NCBI GenBank assembly: GCA_046484865.1
Contig: JAWOID010000071.1
Location: 42,012 to 106,011 of the forward strand
Length of the DNA stretch: 64,000 nt
Origin: Candidatus Krumholzibacteriia bacterium
GTDB lineage: Bacteria > Krumholzibacteriota > Krumholzibacteriia > LZORAL124-64-63
Direction of reading: 5' to 3'
The first letter of the stretch is position 1. Every line of letters begins with the position of its first letter. Under the pieces are notes generated by a model. That model ran no database searches and was not told the DNA's origin. It saw only the letters and a program-made list of their open reading frames with translations. A program made the translations under genes and the position numbers. This document shows, piece by piece, positions 20,492 through 30,664 of the stretch.

Positions 20492-21841
20492 TCAGCCCGC
20501 CGCCGCCCGATCCCGCACCCGGTAGCAGATCACCTGCATGGGCTCCGGCTCCACGCCGTCATCCTCGCCCCCGGCGCCGCCGAAACCGCTCAGCATCGCA
20601 TCGCGGTAGCCGGTGATGCGGAAGACCAGGTCCGACCGGGCGAAGAGCAGGCCGTCCTGGCGCGGATCCCCCTCGCAGCGCACCAGCACCTGCTCCGCGA
20701 ACCGGCCGTCGGGAGTGAAGACGTCGTAGCGGGTGAACACCCCCGGCGCCGGCTCCCAGAGGGCCCGGCTGGTCTGGACCCAGATGCGGCCGTGCTCGTC
20801 CACCCGGAGCGACGCGATGTCGGGCTCGGTATCCTCGAAGTGGATGGAGGCGTGGGGCGCCTGCCGGTCGCGCAACGTGGTCAGGATGCGACGCTGGATG
20901 TCGCGGGCCTGTTCGTTCCGCAGCCAGGGGCGGTAGTCACGAGTGAACACGCGCCGCAGCTCGCCGCCGGGCGCGTAGACCCGTACCTCGTAGCCGTTGC
21001 GGGCCTCGGCCGTCACGACCTCGCCCCGGGGCCCCACGGCGAAGCGGCGGTCCGGTCCCTCGCCCAGGATTACCTCGTCGTAGCTGAGGTTGCGGTGATC
21101 GATGACCGAGAGCCTCGAAGCGTAGGTCACCTTCCGCTGGCCGGACGTGTCGAAGGTCGCGATGAAGCTCTCGCGGGTGGCGCGCCCGGCAGCCTGATCG
21201 ACGTGCTGCTCGGCGCCGCCGAGCACCACGTTCTCGCCGCCGCGCCGCAGCGCGCGGGCCATGTAGAACGCGCCCTGGGCCGGATCGCCCACGGTGATCG
21301 TCCCGGCCGGCGTGCCGTCCCGCGCCAGCCGGACGATCCGGCCGGGGAACATCTGCGTCACCGCCACCGTGCCGTCGGGCAGCAGGCAGAGATCGGTCGC
21401 GTTGCGGAACTCGCCGGGCCCCTCGCCCTCGCGGCCGAGGACAGCCACCAGCTCGCCCTCGGGCGACAGGACCTTGACCTCGCTGAGCTGGCTGTCCAGC
21501 AGGTAGATGGTGTCGCTCTCGTCGACGACCGCCCGCCGGACGGCGCCGAACATGACCTCCTCGTCGTCCCAGCCGCCGCGCCGCCACAACTCCTCCAGCT
21601 CGAGTGTGCGCACGCCCCCGTCCGGTACGGCACCGTTGCGGACGTGAGGCACGCCGTCGATCACGGCGACCTCGCCGGCATGCGCAGTCGCGATGACGAC
21701 GACCGCCGCCGGCAGGATGGCCATGGCGGCGAGGACGGTGGCATTGACGACGGCCGCCATTGAACCGAAGGAGAGGAGGGAACCGAGGGAGAGGATGGAA
21801 CCGGCGGAGCCGGCTGCGATGCCGTGGCGATGGATGCGCAC
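20492..21841 (-). CDS. Secreted 6-bladed (NHL-like) beta-propeller protein
   Basis: GREGEGPGEF, IYLLD and VDEHGRIWV; GGGAGG RBS 6 nt before GTG 21841 (alternative ATG at 21760). Confidence 0.75.
   Translation of the reverse strand: MRIHRHGIAAGSAGSILSLGSLLSFGSMAAVVNATVLAAMAILPAAVVVIATAHAGEVAVIDGVPHVRNGAVPDGGVRTLELEELWRRGGWDDEEVMFGAVRRAVVDESDTIYLLDSQLSEVKVLSPEGELVAVLGREGEGPGEFRNATDLCLLPDGTVAVTQMFPGRIVRLARDGTPAGTITVGDPAQGAFYMARALRRGGENVVLGGAEQHVDQAAGRATRESFIATFDTSGQRKVTYASRLSVIDHRNLSYDEVILGEGPDRRFAVGPRGEVVTAEARNGYEVRVYAPGGELRRVFTRDYRPWLRNEQARDIQRRILTTLRDRQAPHASIHFEDTEPDIASLRVDEHGRIWVQTSRALWEPAPGVFTRYDVFTPDGRFAEQVLVRCEGDPRQDGLLFARSDLVFRITGYRDAMLSGFGGAGGEDDGVEPEPMQVICYRVRDRAAAG
21762..21803. repeat. 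18-bp tandem repeat in the N-terminal coding region
   Basis: GAACCGAAGGAGAGGAGG / GAACCGAGGGAGAGGATG / GAACCG; encodes GSILSL-GSLLSF. Confidence 0.7.
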
Positions 21842-21974
21842 GCGGAGCCTCCCGGTGGATGGGGACGAGACGCCGCCGTTGCGGCGCCTCCCCGAGTACG
21901 GGGCGGCTCGGTCCAGGTTGCAGGATGTTCGTGGTGTCCGAGCGCACGCGCCCGCGATCTCCCGGGCACTCACC

Positions 21975-23783
21975 TCACCTCGCCATCAGGATCTTCCGGG
22001 TGGAAACCGTTCCGTCCACGTCCAGACGCAGGAAGTACACCCCCGAAGGCGCCGACAGCCGTGTCCGGTCGAGGCCGTCCCAGGTGGCGGTATGCTCCCC
22101 CGCCGGCAGCGGCCCGTCCACCAGCACGGCCACCTCCCGCCCGCGCGCATCGTGGACGGTCAGCCGCACCAGACCCGCCCGTGGCAGCAGGCAGACGACC
22201 TCCGTGCGCGGATTGAAGGGATTGGGCCGGTTGGGCCCCAGGTGCGGTCGGGCCGGCAGAGCCGGGTCGATGGCCGAGAGCGCGTCGCGCCGCACCGTCA
22301 CGGCGGTCGTCGCGCGCGCGGCGATGTCGACCTCCACGTGGCAGATGTCCTCCGAGCCGTCCGGCTCGACCTGCAGCAAGGTGCCGCCGGTCACCTGGAT
22401 GGCGCCGTGACCGGCCACGAGGCGGAACTTCAGCAGACCGTTCTCGAACCGTTCGTCATACGCGTTGATGACCTCGGCGGTGACCTCTTCCGCCCGGCCG
22501 TCGTTGGCGGGCGACCAGGTCACGCTCAGGGTCTCGCCCGAGGACCCTGCGTCCGCGGTGGCACACGGATCCAGATCGCTGCCGACGACCCGTACCAGGC
22601 GCCAGCTGCGCCGGCCGTCGCAGACCGCGGCTGTCGAGAGGTCGAAGGGGCGCACGTTCAGGCTGCCGTCATCGCGGTGGGTGTGGCCCGAGAGCATCAT
22701 CTCCAGGCCGAGGGCGGAGAGATCGAGCTGGTCGCCGAAGTCGCGGTGCGTGAAGAGGACCTGGGCCGCAGTTTCGCCGGCAGTTGCCGCCAGGTCGGCC
22801 TCCAGCCAGGAGATCTGGTCCGCGGTGAAGCTCTCGGTACCGTAGACGCTGAGGCGCCAGCGGTCGTAGTTCAGGTACGATTCCAGGCTCACGAAGTGGA
22901 CCGGACCGTAGTCGAATGCGTAGTCCTGCGTGCGGGCGGGCGCGCCCGGGGGCGGGTCGTCCAGGCGCGACCAGCCGAAGAAGCGCCACCAGTCGCGGCG
23001 GGCCGTGCCGTCCGCGGGAGGCGTGTCGTCCCAGCCGCCGAGGTCGTGGTTGCCGGCCGTCACGTAGATCGGGACCTCGGACTCCGCGAGCAGACGCTGC
23101 GCCCGGGTGTAATACCGCCGCTCGAGGAAGTCTTCCAGCTCGCCCTCGTTCACCACGTCGCCGGTCAGCAGCACGAACTCGGGGTTGATGATGCCGAGGT
23201 CCTCGAGGACCGCGCGCAGGTCGTCCGTCTCGCTGCTGTCCGTCTCCGCGCCCGGCTGGTCCCAGTAGACATGGGTCGGCAGGTGCGGATCGGTGACGTG
23301 GACGAAGTACCAGCTGTCGCGGTAGGCGGGAATCACGCGCACGGCGTTCCGGGTCGTATCCTGCAGGCCGCCGCCGGCCGTGACGACGAGGTCGTACAGT
23401 TCGCTCGGCGTGTCGCCGGGGACGCTCGCCTCGAGCCGCCACCAGCGCGTCGAGGCGTCGAAGGCGGCAGCCGTGACCGGCAACTCCACGACCAGGCTCC
23501 GCCTGCGGATCTCCACCTGCCACCCGGCGGTGGCCGGGTCGGCGGCGCAGGAGACCGTCAGCGTGGCGCTCGGCGTCACGATCGCGGGGATGTTCAGCAG
23601 GGGACGCTGGATGACGGTGAGGGTGTCGCCGATGGCCTCGGCTGCGGCCGCCTCGGTCGGGCCGGCGCCGAGGACGGCGCCGAAGGTGGCTACGATCGCC
23701 ACCATGCCGGCCAGGACGACGAGGACGTCGGACACGGTCCGCACGGGGCGCGGGGCCCGGCGGCCGGGAGAGCGATCTGGCAT
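21975..23783 (-). CDS. Secreted calcineurin-like metallophosphoesterase with FlgD-Ig/T9SS-like C-terminal domain
   Basis: DPH, GD, GNHD and GHTH motifs; signal peptide; C-terminal PNPFNP...WDG...SGVYF...RK. Confidence 0.88.
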   Translation of the reverse strand: MPDRSPGRRAPRPVRTVSDVLVVLAGMVAIVATFGAVLGAGPTEAAAAEAIGDTLTVIQRPLLNIPAIVTPSATLTVSCAADPATAGWQVEIRRRSLVVELPVTAAAFDASTRWWRLEASVPGDTPSELYDLVVTAGGGLQDTTRNAVRVIPAYRDSWYFVHVTDPHLPTHVYWDQPGAETDSSETDDLRAVLEDLGIINPEFVLLTGDVVNEGELEDFLERRYYTRAQRLLAESEVPIYVTAGNHDLGGWDDTPPADGTARRDWWRFFGWSRLDDPPPGAPARTQDYAFDYGPVHFVSLESYLNYDRWRLSVYGTESFTADQISWLEADLAATAGETAAQVLFTHRDFGDQLDLSALGLEMMLSGHTHRDDGSLNVRPFDLSTAAVCDGRRSWRLVRVVGSDLDPCATADAGSSGETLSVTWSPANDGRAEEVTAEVINAYDERFENGLLKFRLVAGHGAIQVTGGTLLQVEPDGSEDICHVEVDIAARATTAVTVRRDALSAIDPALPARPHLGPNRPNPFNPRTEVVCLLPRAGLVRLTVHDARGREVAVLVDGPLPAGEHTATWDGLDRTRLSAPSGVYFLRLDVDGTVSTRKILMAR

Positions 23784-24021
23784 GGTGACGACTTCCTGTA
23801 GCGGACCTGGGTTGCCGGACGGTTCTGCAGGAGATCGTAGCACACACGGTGCAGCCGGGGGAAGCGACCGGTGCTGCATCCACGCCGGTCCTGCGCCCGC
23901 GTGGCGCGCGCGCGCGGGCATCGTATCATGATCGTATGCCGATGAGTTCCCGTTGCCGCTTCCCGGAAACCCCGGGCCTGCGACGAGGCGTTGCCGGCGA
24001 TGAAACACGAGGAGAGCGGAG

Positions 24022-24345
24022 ATGGAAGAGATTGCGGTCAACGCGACCGATCTGGCCTGGGAACCGGCCGAGGGTTACCCGGAAGGCACCATGCGCAAGG
24101 TCCTGCGGCGAGATGCGGACGACAAGCCCTTGACGGTCCTGCTCAAGCTCCCGGCAGGATTCCAGATGGCAGACCATACCCACGTGTGTACCGAACAGCA
24201 CTATGTCCTGGACGGAGAGTACGAGGTCGCCGGCCGGCGCTATCACTCCGGGCATTACCGGATGTATCCGGCGCAGACGTCGCACGGCCCCTTCCGGACC
24301 GAGATCGGGGCCGTGGTGCTGGTACTCTGGGAACTGTGCACCTGA
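24022..24345 (+). CDS. Cupin-domain protein (ChrR-like)
   Basis: HTH-x3-E-x-YVLDG and HGPF; GAGGAG RBS. Confidence 0.85.
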   Translation: MEEIAVNATDLAWEPAEGYPEGTMRKVLRRDADDKPLTVLLKLPAGFQMADHTHVCTEQHYVLDGEYEVAGRRYHSGHYRMYPAQTSHGPFRTEIGAVVLVLWELCT

Positions 24346-24388
24346 CGCTGTGCGGAGACGCAGGCGCCTCGCTGCCGCTAATCCGGGG

Positions 24389-24604
24389 CTAAGGGCCCCG
24401 GCGCGTGCCCGCCACGACCAGCACGACTCCGGCCAGCACCGCCACACCGGACGCGATCGGCCCGATCGGGATGGTCTCCGTTTTTTCTCTCTCGATCTCG
24501 AGTTCGCCCAGATCTGCAACCGTCTCGTTTCTCTCGAAGGAAATTCCTCCGAATATGAAACCGAGTATGCCGAGGACGATGAGCACGATGCCGAGGATCT
24601 TCAC
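24389..24604 (-). CDS. Small two-TM membrane protein (DUF3185-like)
   Basis: GTG start after GGGAGG; KILGIVLIVLG...DLGELEI...IPIGPIASG. Confidence 0.75.
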   Translation of the reverse strand: MKILGIVLIVLGILGFIFGGISFERNETVADLGELEIEREKTETIPIGPIASGVAVLAGVVLVVAGTRRGP

Positions 24605-24719
24605 GTCAGGCCTCCCCGATTGAACTCCGCGCGGCACGCATGACCAGCGAGCGCTTGTCCCGCTCCCTGCCAAGTAAGGTCCAGATCGCTGGCCGCGCAC
24701 GCCTCGTCGTCGGGTGGTG

Positions 24720-26267
24720 CTATTCCCTCAGACGGAGTATCCAGACATCCTCTGCGCTCGTCGTCACCGGTTCGAAGTGCGCCAGCAGTTCTTCGCCGTC
24801 CAGAGGCCAGATCTCCGCCAGGCCTCTCACTCGCTTCGATGCACCCTCGTCATAGACCAGGTAGCGCTGGCCCCTGGCACGCATCCGCCCGGCGATATCC
24901 GCGACCGTTCCATACGGCGGAAACTCGTCTGCGTACCAGTCGATCGCGTACCGGTCCTTCGTCGGTCGCGTCATGTCGTAATAATCGAAAGACCATGCCA
25001 GGACTTCGTGCGGGCCGGGCGCCGACGGCTCGCTGGCCAGGGTTTGCGAGACGGCGATCCTGCCGAGATCGTGCGCGGATATCGGTTGTAGCCACATGGG
25101 CCTCACATGGTACCAGGCCAGCCAGAGACACAGCGAGACCACCACGACGGTGCGGAACGGCAACGACTCCGCGAAGGCCAGCGGCAGTCGTGACGGGATG
25201 AGCCGGAAGCAACCGAACGCGGCATAGATCGCCAGCAAGGGAGCGAGGAACAGTAGCAAACGGGCATTGATGAAAGCCATGCTCAGCGTGGCCAGGAACG
25301 CGACCATGCACAGCACGATCAACAGCGATGCCTTGCGCACGACGGTGGTCCGGAGCGAAAGGAGCGCCGCCGCAAAGGCCAGCAGTCCCAGCGGGTAATG
25401 GACCAGGTCCAGCCGGAAGGCGCCGGTCACGGTCTCGTACCAGTGCCGGACGAAGACGGTGGGCTCGCCGGCGACGATCCTCCCCAGGCTCGTGATCGAG
25501 CGGGCGGCGGGCATGTTCTGGCCCCAGTTGCCGCCGCCGTGCATCCCGAAATAGACATTGCGCGCCTGCAGGTTGTACAGCGGCTGGCCCTCGACGACCG
25601 TCGACATCACGAGTTGCGGCAGGGCCGCGAGCACGAAGGCTCCCAGGAGGATGGCGCCGTCCGCGACCCGACGCCCGCTCACCGGCCGTCCCTCGACCGC
25701 CATGATCCAGAACAGGATCGGCGGCACCATGATGAGGGCCGTGTACCTGAAGAGATAGGCGACCCCGAGCGCGAAGCCGGCGACGACGAGCTGGTCGCGA
25801 CTGCGAGTCAGGGCATACGAAACGGCGTACGCCATCGCCACCAGGAGGACCGCCACGGCAGCCAGGTCCGTCCCGGACGTGGTCGCGAACCGCAGGTACG
25901 AAGGGTTCGTGGCGCAGAAGAGGACGGCGAGCAACGCCACCCGGGCCTCGAAGAGCGTGCGGGCGATCCTGGCGACCATGAAGAGCCCGAGGATTCCCGC
26001 GAGGAGCGCGATGATCCGGCCGGCCAGCTCGTAATCCGTGACGACGGCCGCGACGGCCCGCAGCAGAAGCGGGTAGCCGAGGGGATACAATCCGTCGACC
26101 CACGCGGAGGCATCCGACAGCGACAGGCTCTCGGCTCGCGGAATGAACCCGAAGACGTCGGTGAGGCCGATGGTGGGGTTGGCATACGAGAGACGAGCCG
26201 CGACCAGCGCCCAGACCGCGATGACGGCCAGGGTCGCCCAGCGATAGCGATGTCCTGCGTCGATCAT
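24720..26267 (-). CDS. Polytopic GT-C glycosyltransferase (GT39/ArnT-like)
   Basis: YPLGYPLLL, SGTD and AYLFRY motifs; many TM helices. Start uncertain. Confidence 0.75.
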   Translation of the reverse strand: MIDAGHRYRWATLAVIAVWALVAARLSYANPTIGLTDVFGFIPRAESLSLSDASAWVDGLYPLGYPLLLRAVAAVVTDYELAGRIIALLAGILGLFMVARIARTLFEARVALLAVLFCATNPSYLRFATTSGTDLAAVAVLLVAMAYAVSYALTRSRDQLVVAGFALGVAYLFRYTALIMVPPILFWIMAVEGRPVSGRRVADGAILLGAFVLAALPQLVMSTVVEGQPLYNLQARNVYFGMHGGGNWGQNMPAARSITSLGRIVAGEPTVFVRHWYETVTGAFRLDLVHYPLGLLAFAAALLSLRTTVVRKASLLIVLCMVAFLATLSMAFINARLLLFLAPLLAIYAAFGCFRLIPSRLPLAFAESLPFRTVVVVSLCLWLAWYHVRPMWLQPISAHDLGRIAVSQTLASEPSAPGPHEVLAWSFDYYDMTRPTKDRYAIDWYADEFPPYGTVADIAGRMRARGQRYLVYDEGASKRVRGLAEIWPLDGEELLAHFEPVTTSAEDVWILRLRE

Positions 26268-26534
26268 CGCTGACCTCGACGGTCCGTCGGCCCGCGACGA
26301 CACGCCTGCCGGCCGGCCAGACCGATCAGAGACGGGGCAATCGGCTAGCGCAACGTACGACAGAACGGCCGGACCGCACAACACCCGCGTGGGACCGGCG
26401 CCCGGGCAGACCATTCGCTGCGTCGGTCGTCTCGCCGGCGTCGCCGTACGATCCCCGACCTGCCGTTTCTCGACGACTTCGCCGACGCGCTCGATCCGTG
26501 GCGACGGCGCCTGGTCCTGGTCCGGTGAGGATGC

Positions 26535-27842
26535 TCACTCCCGATGCGGCAGGCGGGCCCAGATGATGAAGCTCGCCGCGGCCAGGACAGTCGCGAAGAG
26601 GGCGATGGTCAGGTAGGGCGAGATCAACTCGGCCACCCAGCCGGCCAGGAACGAGCCGAGGGGCAGCGAGCCGCCGAAACCCACGGCCCAGATCCCCATC
26701 ACGCGGCCGCGGATGCCGTCGTCCACGCTGGTCTGGACCAGGGTGTTGCTGGTAGATAGGAACATCACCGCGCCGAAGCCGGCCACCATGATCCCCGCGC
26801 TCATGGGCAGCATGGCCCGCGACATCGACACGATCAGGCTGCCGGCGCAGAGGGTCCAGAGCCCGCCGAACACCTGCAGCCTCGAGGTCCCGCTGGTGGT
26901 CCTCGCCGCCACGATGAGCGCTCCCACGATGGCGCCCACGCCGAACATCGACATCAGCACGCCGTACTGCAGTTCGCTCAGGTGCAGGAGGTCCTGGGCG
27001 ATGGCCGGCATGAGCGTCTGGAACGACCAGCCGAACACGCCCATCACGAACAGCAGCAGCAGCAGGATGCGCACCGGGCGGTTACGGCGCACCTCGCGAA
27101 AGCCCTCCAGCAGTTCCTGCCAGTGGCTGGTTCGCCGCGGGAGGATGGTGCGCGGCTGCAGGCGCATGGCCACGAGCGTCGCGATCACCGCCAGGTAGCT
27201 CACGGCATCCACCAGGAAGCAGAAGCCGATGCCGATCGTGCCCATGAGCAGTCCCGCCACGCCGGGACCGATGATCCGCGAGAGGTTGACCAGGGCCGAA
27301 TTCAGGGCGATGGCATTGAGCAGGTGCTCGCGTCCCACCATCTCCACCACGAAGGCCTGCCGTGCCGGCGCCTCGACGGCGAACGCCACGCCGCCGAGCG
27401 TGGCCAGGGCCATCAGGTGCCAGGTCTGCACCTGCCCGGAGAGGACCAGCGCCGCGATGGCCGCCGATGTCAGCGAGGCGAGCACCTGCGCGGCGATGAT
27501 CATGCGGCGGCGGTCCACGCGGTCGGCGATGGCGCCGGCGGCCGGGGAGAGCACGAAGAGGGGCAGCAGCGACAGACCCATCACGGCACCCAGCAGGGCG
27601 CGCGAACCGGTCAACTCGTACACGAGCCACCCCAGTGCCGTGCGTCGCACCCAGGTGCCCACCAGGGACGTGCCCTGACCGATGTAGAAGAGGCGGAAGT
27701 TGCGCAGCCGGAGCGAGGCGAAGGTGCTGCGCAGCCACGATCCCTCCAGCCCGACGGTCGCGAACGCATCCACGCCGCCCGCCGAGCGGGGCGGCTCGTC
27801 GGGGCGCGGGAGGTGCTCGTCGCGGTCCGGAGGATGCGTCAT
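26535..27842 (-). CDS. MFS transporter
   Basis: RNFRLF, GAIADRVDRRR (motif A), PARQAFV and RGRVMG; about 12 TM segments. Confidence 0.92.
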   Translation of the reverse strand: MTHPPDRDEHLPRPDEPPRSAGGVDAFATVGLEGSWLRSTFASLRLRNFRLFYIGQGTSLVGTWVRRTALGWLVYELTGSRALLGAVMGLSLLPLFVLSPAAGAIADRVDRRRMIIAAQVLASLTSAAIAALVLSGQVQTWHLMALATLGGVAFAVEAPARQAFVVEMVGREHLLNAIALNSALVNLSRIIGPGVAGLLMGTIGIGFCFLVDAVSYLAVIATLVAMRLQPRTILPRRTSHWQELLEGFREVRRNRPVRILLLLLFVMGVFGWSFQTLMPAIAQDLLHLSELQYGVLMSMFGVGAIVGALIVAARTTSGTSRLQVFGGLWTLCAGSLIVSMSRAMLPMSAGIMVAGFGAVMFLSTSNTLVQTSVDDGIRGRVMGIWAVGFGGSLPLGSFLAGWVAELISPYLTIALFATVLAAASFIIWARLPHRE

Positions 27843-27921
27843 GGTGCTCAAAGCTGTGTCGAACCGCGCCGGACCGCCAGCGACCGGGCCAGGAAGTCCT
27901 GGCCTGGCCGCCGATCCTCGC

Positions 27922-27927
27922 TATAAT
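27922..27927 (+). promoter_or_regulatory. Consensus -10 element upstream of the small basic protein gene
   Basis: TATAAT in a GC-rich divergent intergenic region; no convincing -35. Confidence 0.45.
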
Positions 27928-28004
27928 TGACGGGCGTACGGGTCATCGCCCGGACCGGGCAGCATCGGTCCGTGCGTCGTTTTCATGCCCGGAAGGAGTT
28001 GCGT

Positions 28005-28325
28005 GTGGACTGGCACGAGTTGAACAAGAAGCGGGTGGCCGACCTGCGTGAACTGGCGCACGAACATGCGCCCGACGTCACCGGCGTCACCCAGATGAAG
28101 AAGCCCGAGCTGGTCGGCATCCTGGCCGAGCGCATGGGCATCGAGCCCCCGAAGAAGATCGTCCGGGGCATCGACAAGACGAACATCAAGACGAAGATCG
28201 ACGAGCACAAGCAGAAGCGGGACGCCGCGCTGGAGGCCCACGACCACGCCGAGTTGAAGACGCAGCGGCGGGCGATCCACCGCCTGAAGCGCCGCCTGCG
28301 CCGCTCCGCGAGCCTCACCCGCTAG
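28005..28325 (+). CDS. Small basic protein with a Rho-N-terminal (HEH)-like domain
   Basis: AAGGAG RBS and GTG start; ELNKKRVADLRELA...MKKPELV pattern followed by a basic helical hairpin. Confidence 0.7.
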   Translation: MDWHELNKKRVADLRELAHEHAPDVTGVTQMKKPELVGILAERMGIEPPKKIVRGIDKTNIKTKIDEHKQKRDAALEAHDHAELKTQRRAIHRLKRRLRRSASLTR

Positions 28326-28428
28326 ACGGGACCCGGACGGCCGCCGAGGCGACCGTCCGGACGGCATCTGTCCTTCCGCGCGCCGGTGCCTGCGGGTGGC
28401 CGGCGCGCGTGCGCTGGCGACCCGCGTG

Positions 28429-28479
28429 CGCCGTCACCGCCGTCACCGCCGCCACCGCCGCCACCGCCGCCGCCGCCGC
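28429..28479. repeat. 9-bp/GCC low-complexity tandem repeat between convergent genes
   Basis: (CGCCGTCAC)2(CGCCGCCAC)2 followed by (CGC)n. Confidence 0.7.
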
Positions 28480-28487
28480 GGTCCGAG

Positions 28488-29471
28488 CTACCGCGGCAGC
28501 AGCCGTCGCACGGCATCGGCGCCGTCGGCCTGCATCAACTCCGCCCGCAAGGTGGCGGCGCCGGGAAAGCCGGTGCAGTAGATCTTGTAGAACTTCTTGA
28601 GATTGTTGAAGTTGCGGACGCCGTCCCACACCTCGAGGTAACGCTCGGTATGCTGCCAGAGCAGCGCCAGGCGCTCGCGGCAGTCCGGATCGGGCGGTGG
28701 ATCGTTGAAGAGCCAGGCGTTCTGGAACACCCCGCGGCCCACCATCACCCCCTCCACCCCGTGGCGAGCCGCCAGCGCGCGGCCCTGCGCCACCGACGTG
28801 ACGTCGCCGTTGCCGATCATCACCGTCGAACTGCCCATCGCGTCGCGCAGCCGCACGGCCTTGCCGATCTCGTTCCAGTCCGCGGGCACCTTCGTCATGT
28901 CGCGCTGGGTACGTCCGTGCAGGGTGATGGCTGCGGGGCCGGTCTCGAGCAGCCGTCCGATCCACTCCTCCGTGATCGGCTCCCGCAGACCCGTGCGAGT
29001 CTTCACGCTCACGGGCAGGTGGGTGCCGTCCCGGGTGGCGCGCACGATCTCGCAGGCCAGGTCCGGGTCGCCGATCAGGGCCGAGCAGGCGGCCTGCTTG
29101 CCGGCGATCTTGCGCACCGGGCAGCCGAAGTTGATGTCGATGCCGTCGAATTCGTGATCGCGGGTGATGATCTCGGCGGCGCGCCGGAAGTGCTCCGGAT
29201 CCCGTCCCCAGATCTGCGCCACGATCCGCACGCCCGTGGCGCGCAGCAGGGCCCGCTCCGCCCCGGTGACGAGCAGCCGGGTGGCCACGGCGAATCGGCC
29301 CTCGGGATGGACGAGACCGTCCGTGCTGGCGAACTCGCCGAAGACGACGCGCAGGTGCGCGGGGTCGGAGATCCGCAGCACGATCTCGCGGAAGATCGTG
29401 TCGGTGACGTCTTCCATCGGCGCCAGGACGAAGAACGGCGCCGGCAACTCGGACCAGAAACTCCGGGTCAC
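28488..29471 (-). CDS. dus: tRNA-dihydrouridine synthase
   Basis: LAPMEDVTD, DINFGCP, VSVKTR, LHGRT, GNGDV and MVGRG; GTG start overlaps the upstream stop. Confidence 0.93.
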   Translation of the reverse strand: MTRSFWSELPAPFFVLAPMEDVTDTIFREIVLRISDPAHLRVVFGEFASTDGLVHPEGRFAVATRLLVTGAERALLRATGVRIVAQIWGRDPEHFRRAAEIITRDHEFDGIDINFGCPVRKIAGKQAACSALIGDPDLACEIVRATRDGTHLPVSVKTRTGLREPITEEWIGRLLETGPAAITLHGRTQRDMTKVPADWNEIGKAVRLRDAMGSSTVMIGNGDVTSVAQGRALAARHGVEGVMVGRGVFQNAWLFNDPPPDPDCRERLALLWQHTERYLEVWDGVRNFNNLKKFYKIYCTGFPGAATLRAELMQADGADAVRRLLPR

Positions 29472-30052
29472 GGATTCTCCCGCGGCGGACCGGACGGACG
29501 GGGCGATCGGCGAAGATTCCCCACCAAGAACGTCCGCATGCCGGCGGGATGCAAGCTCGACGCGCGAGGATCGGCGCCTGCCGCGGTCTCGTCGCTCGCC
29601 AGAGGCAGTTCGACCAGCTGGACAGCGACGCGACCGGCGACCACCTCCAGGAGTGCGACCGTCGCCGGCAGCCGGAACCGGCGCGGTCCCGCGCTGCCGG
29701 GGTTCAGGTGAACGACTCCGTCGGCCTGCTCCAGGTGTGGCCGGTGCGAGTGGCCGGTGACGACCATGTCCACCCGATCGCCGTTCAGCGACACCTCCTC
29801 GCGGATGTGCCGCAGGTGGATGCGGACGCCGCCCACATCCTCCGTCACCCACTCGGGCAGGCGCCAGGCCCAGGCGCCCTCGTCCACGTTGCCGCGCACG
29901 GCCGTCACCGGCGCGATGCGCCCCAGGTGGGCGAGGATCTCGGGCCGCCCGATGTCGCCGGCGTGCAGGACCAGGTCGCTCCCGGCGAGGGCCGCCGCCG
30001 CTTCCGGACGCAGCAGCCCGTGCGTGTCCGAGATGATGCCGACGCGGGTCAT
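29468..30052 (-). CDS. YfcE/MJ0936-family metallophosphoesterase
   Basis: SDTHG, HAGD, GNVD, GHSH and NPGS. Confidence 0.92.
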   Translation of the reverse strand: MTRVGIISDTHGLLRPEAAAALAGSDLVLHAGDIGRPEILAHLGRIAPVTAVRGNVDEGAWAWRLPEWVTEDVGGVRIHLRHIREEVSLNGDRVDMVVTGHSHRPHLEQADGVVHLNPGSAGPRRFRLPATVALLEVVAGRVAVQLVELPLASDETAAGADPRASSLHPAGMRTFLVGNLRRSPRPSGPPRENP

Positions 30053-30073
30053 GACCGCCTCACGGTGGTGTCC

Positions 30074-30481
30074 TCACACGAGCAGGGCGTGCACGCTGTA
30101 GACGCCCGGCCCGAACGCCAGCAGGACCAGGGCCAGAGCCAGCAGCAGCAGATCGTACGACCAGTCGGGAAAGCCCTTCTCGGTCCTGGTGATCTTCCAG
30201 ACGGTGCCCGTCGCCATGTGGACCGCCAGCCCCGCCGCCACCAGCCAGACCAGCAAGCCGACGATGACCGCAAGCCCGCCGAAGACCTCCAGGACCGCGA
30301 TCAGGGTGCCCCACAGCATGCCCGGCCGGAACCCCATCTCCACGAAGCTCTCGGCGTTCTGGCGCAGATCGCGGATCTTGGGCAGCCCGAAGTAGATGAA
30401 CGATATCCCGACGACGAGTCGGACCAGCAGCAGCACCACGTCGGCGGCATCGGCGAGAGGTGCGGTCGGCAAGAAAGGCAT
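30074..30481 (-). CDS. DoxX-family membrane protein
   Basis: LVRLVVG..F..FG..K, LEVFGGL and GPGVYS. Confidence 0.88.
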   Translation of the reverse strand: MPFLPTAPLADAADVVLLLVRLVVGISFIYFGLPKIRDLRQNAESFVEMGFRPGMLWGTLIAVLEVFGGLAVIVGLLVWLVAAGLAVHMATGTVWKITRTEKGFPDWSYDLLLLALALVLLAFGPGVYSVHALLV

Positions 30482-30664
30482 GGCGGCCTCCGGCTGCAGC
30501 GTACGACGCGCGGCGAGCGACGGCGGGCAAGGACGACGAGGCACACGTTAGCCCCGCCGGGGCGGGTCGCATACCGGGCCTCCACCCATCCGGGAGCCGT
30601 GGCGGCGTCGGCGTTCCGGCGGCCCGGTCCATGACGCGGCGGTTACGACCGGACCCCGAGGCGG

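Noticed and set aside
28386..29711. Plus-strand ORF with a poly-proline tract
   Set aside because: The poly-Pro is a translation of the intergenic GCC repeat; the remainder is antisense to dus.
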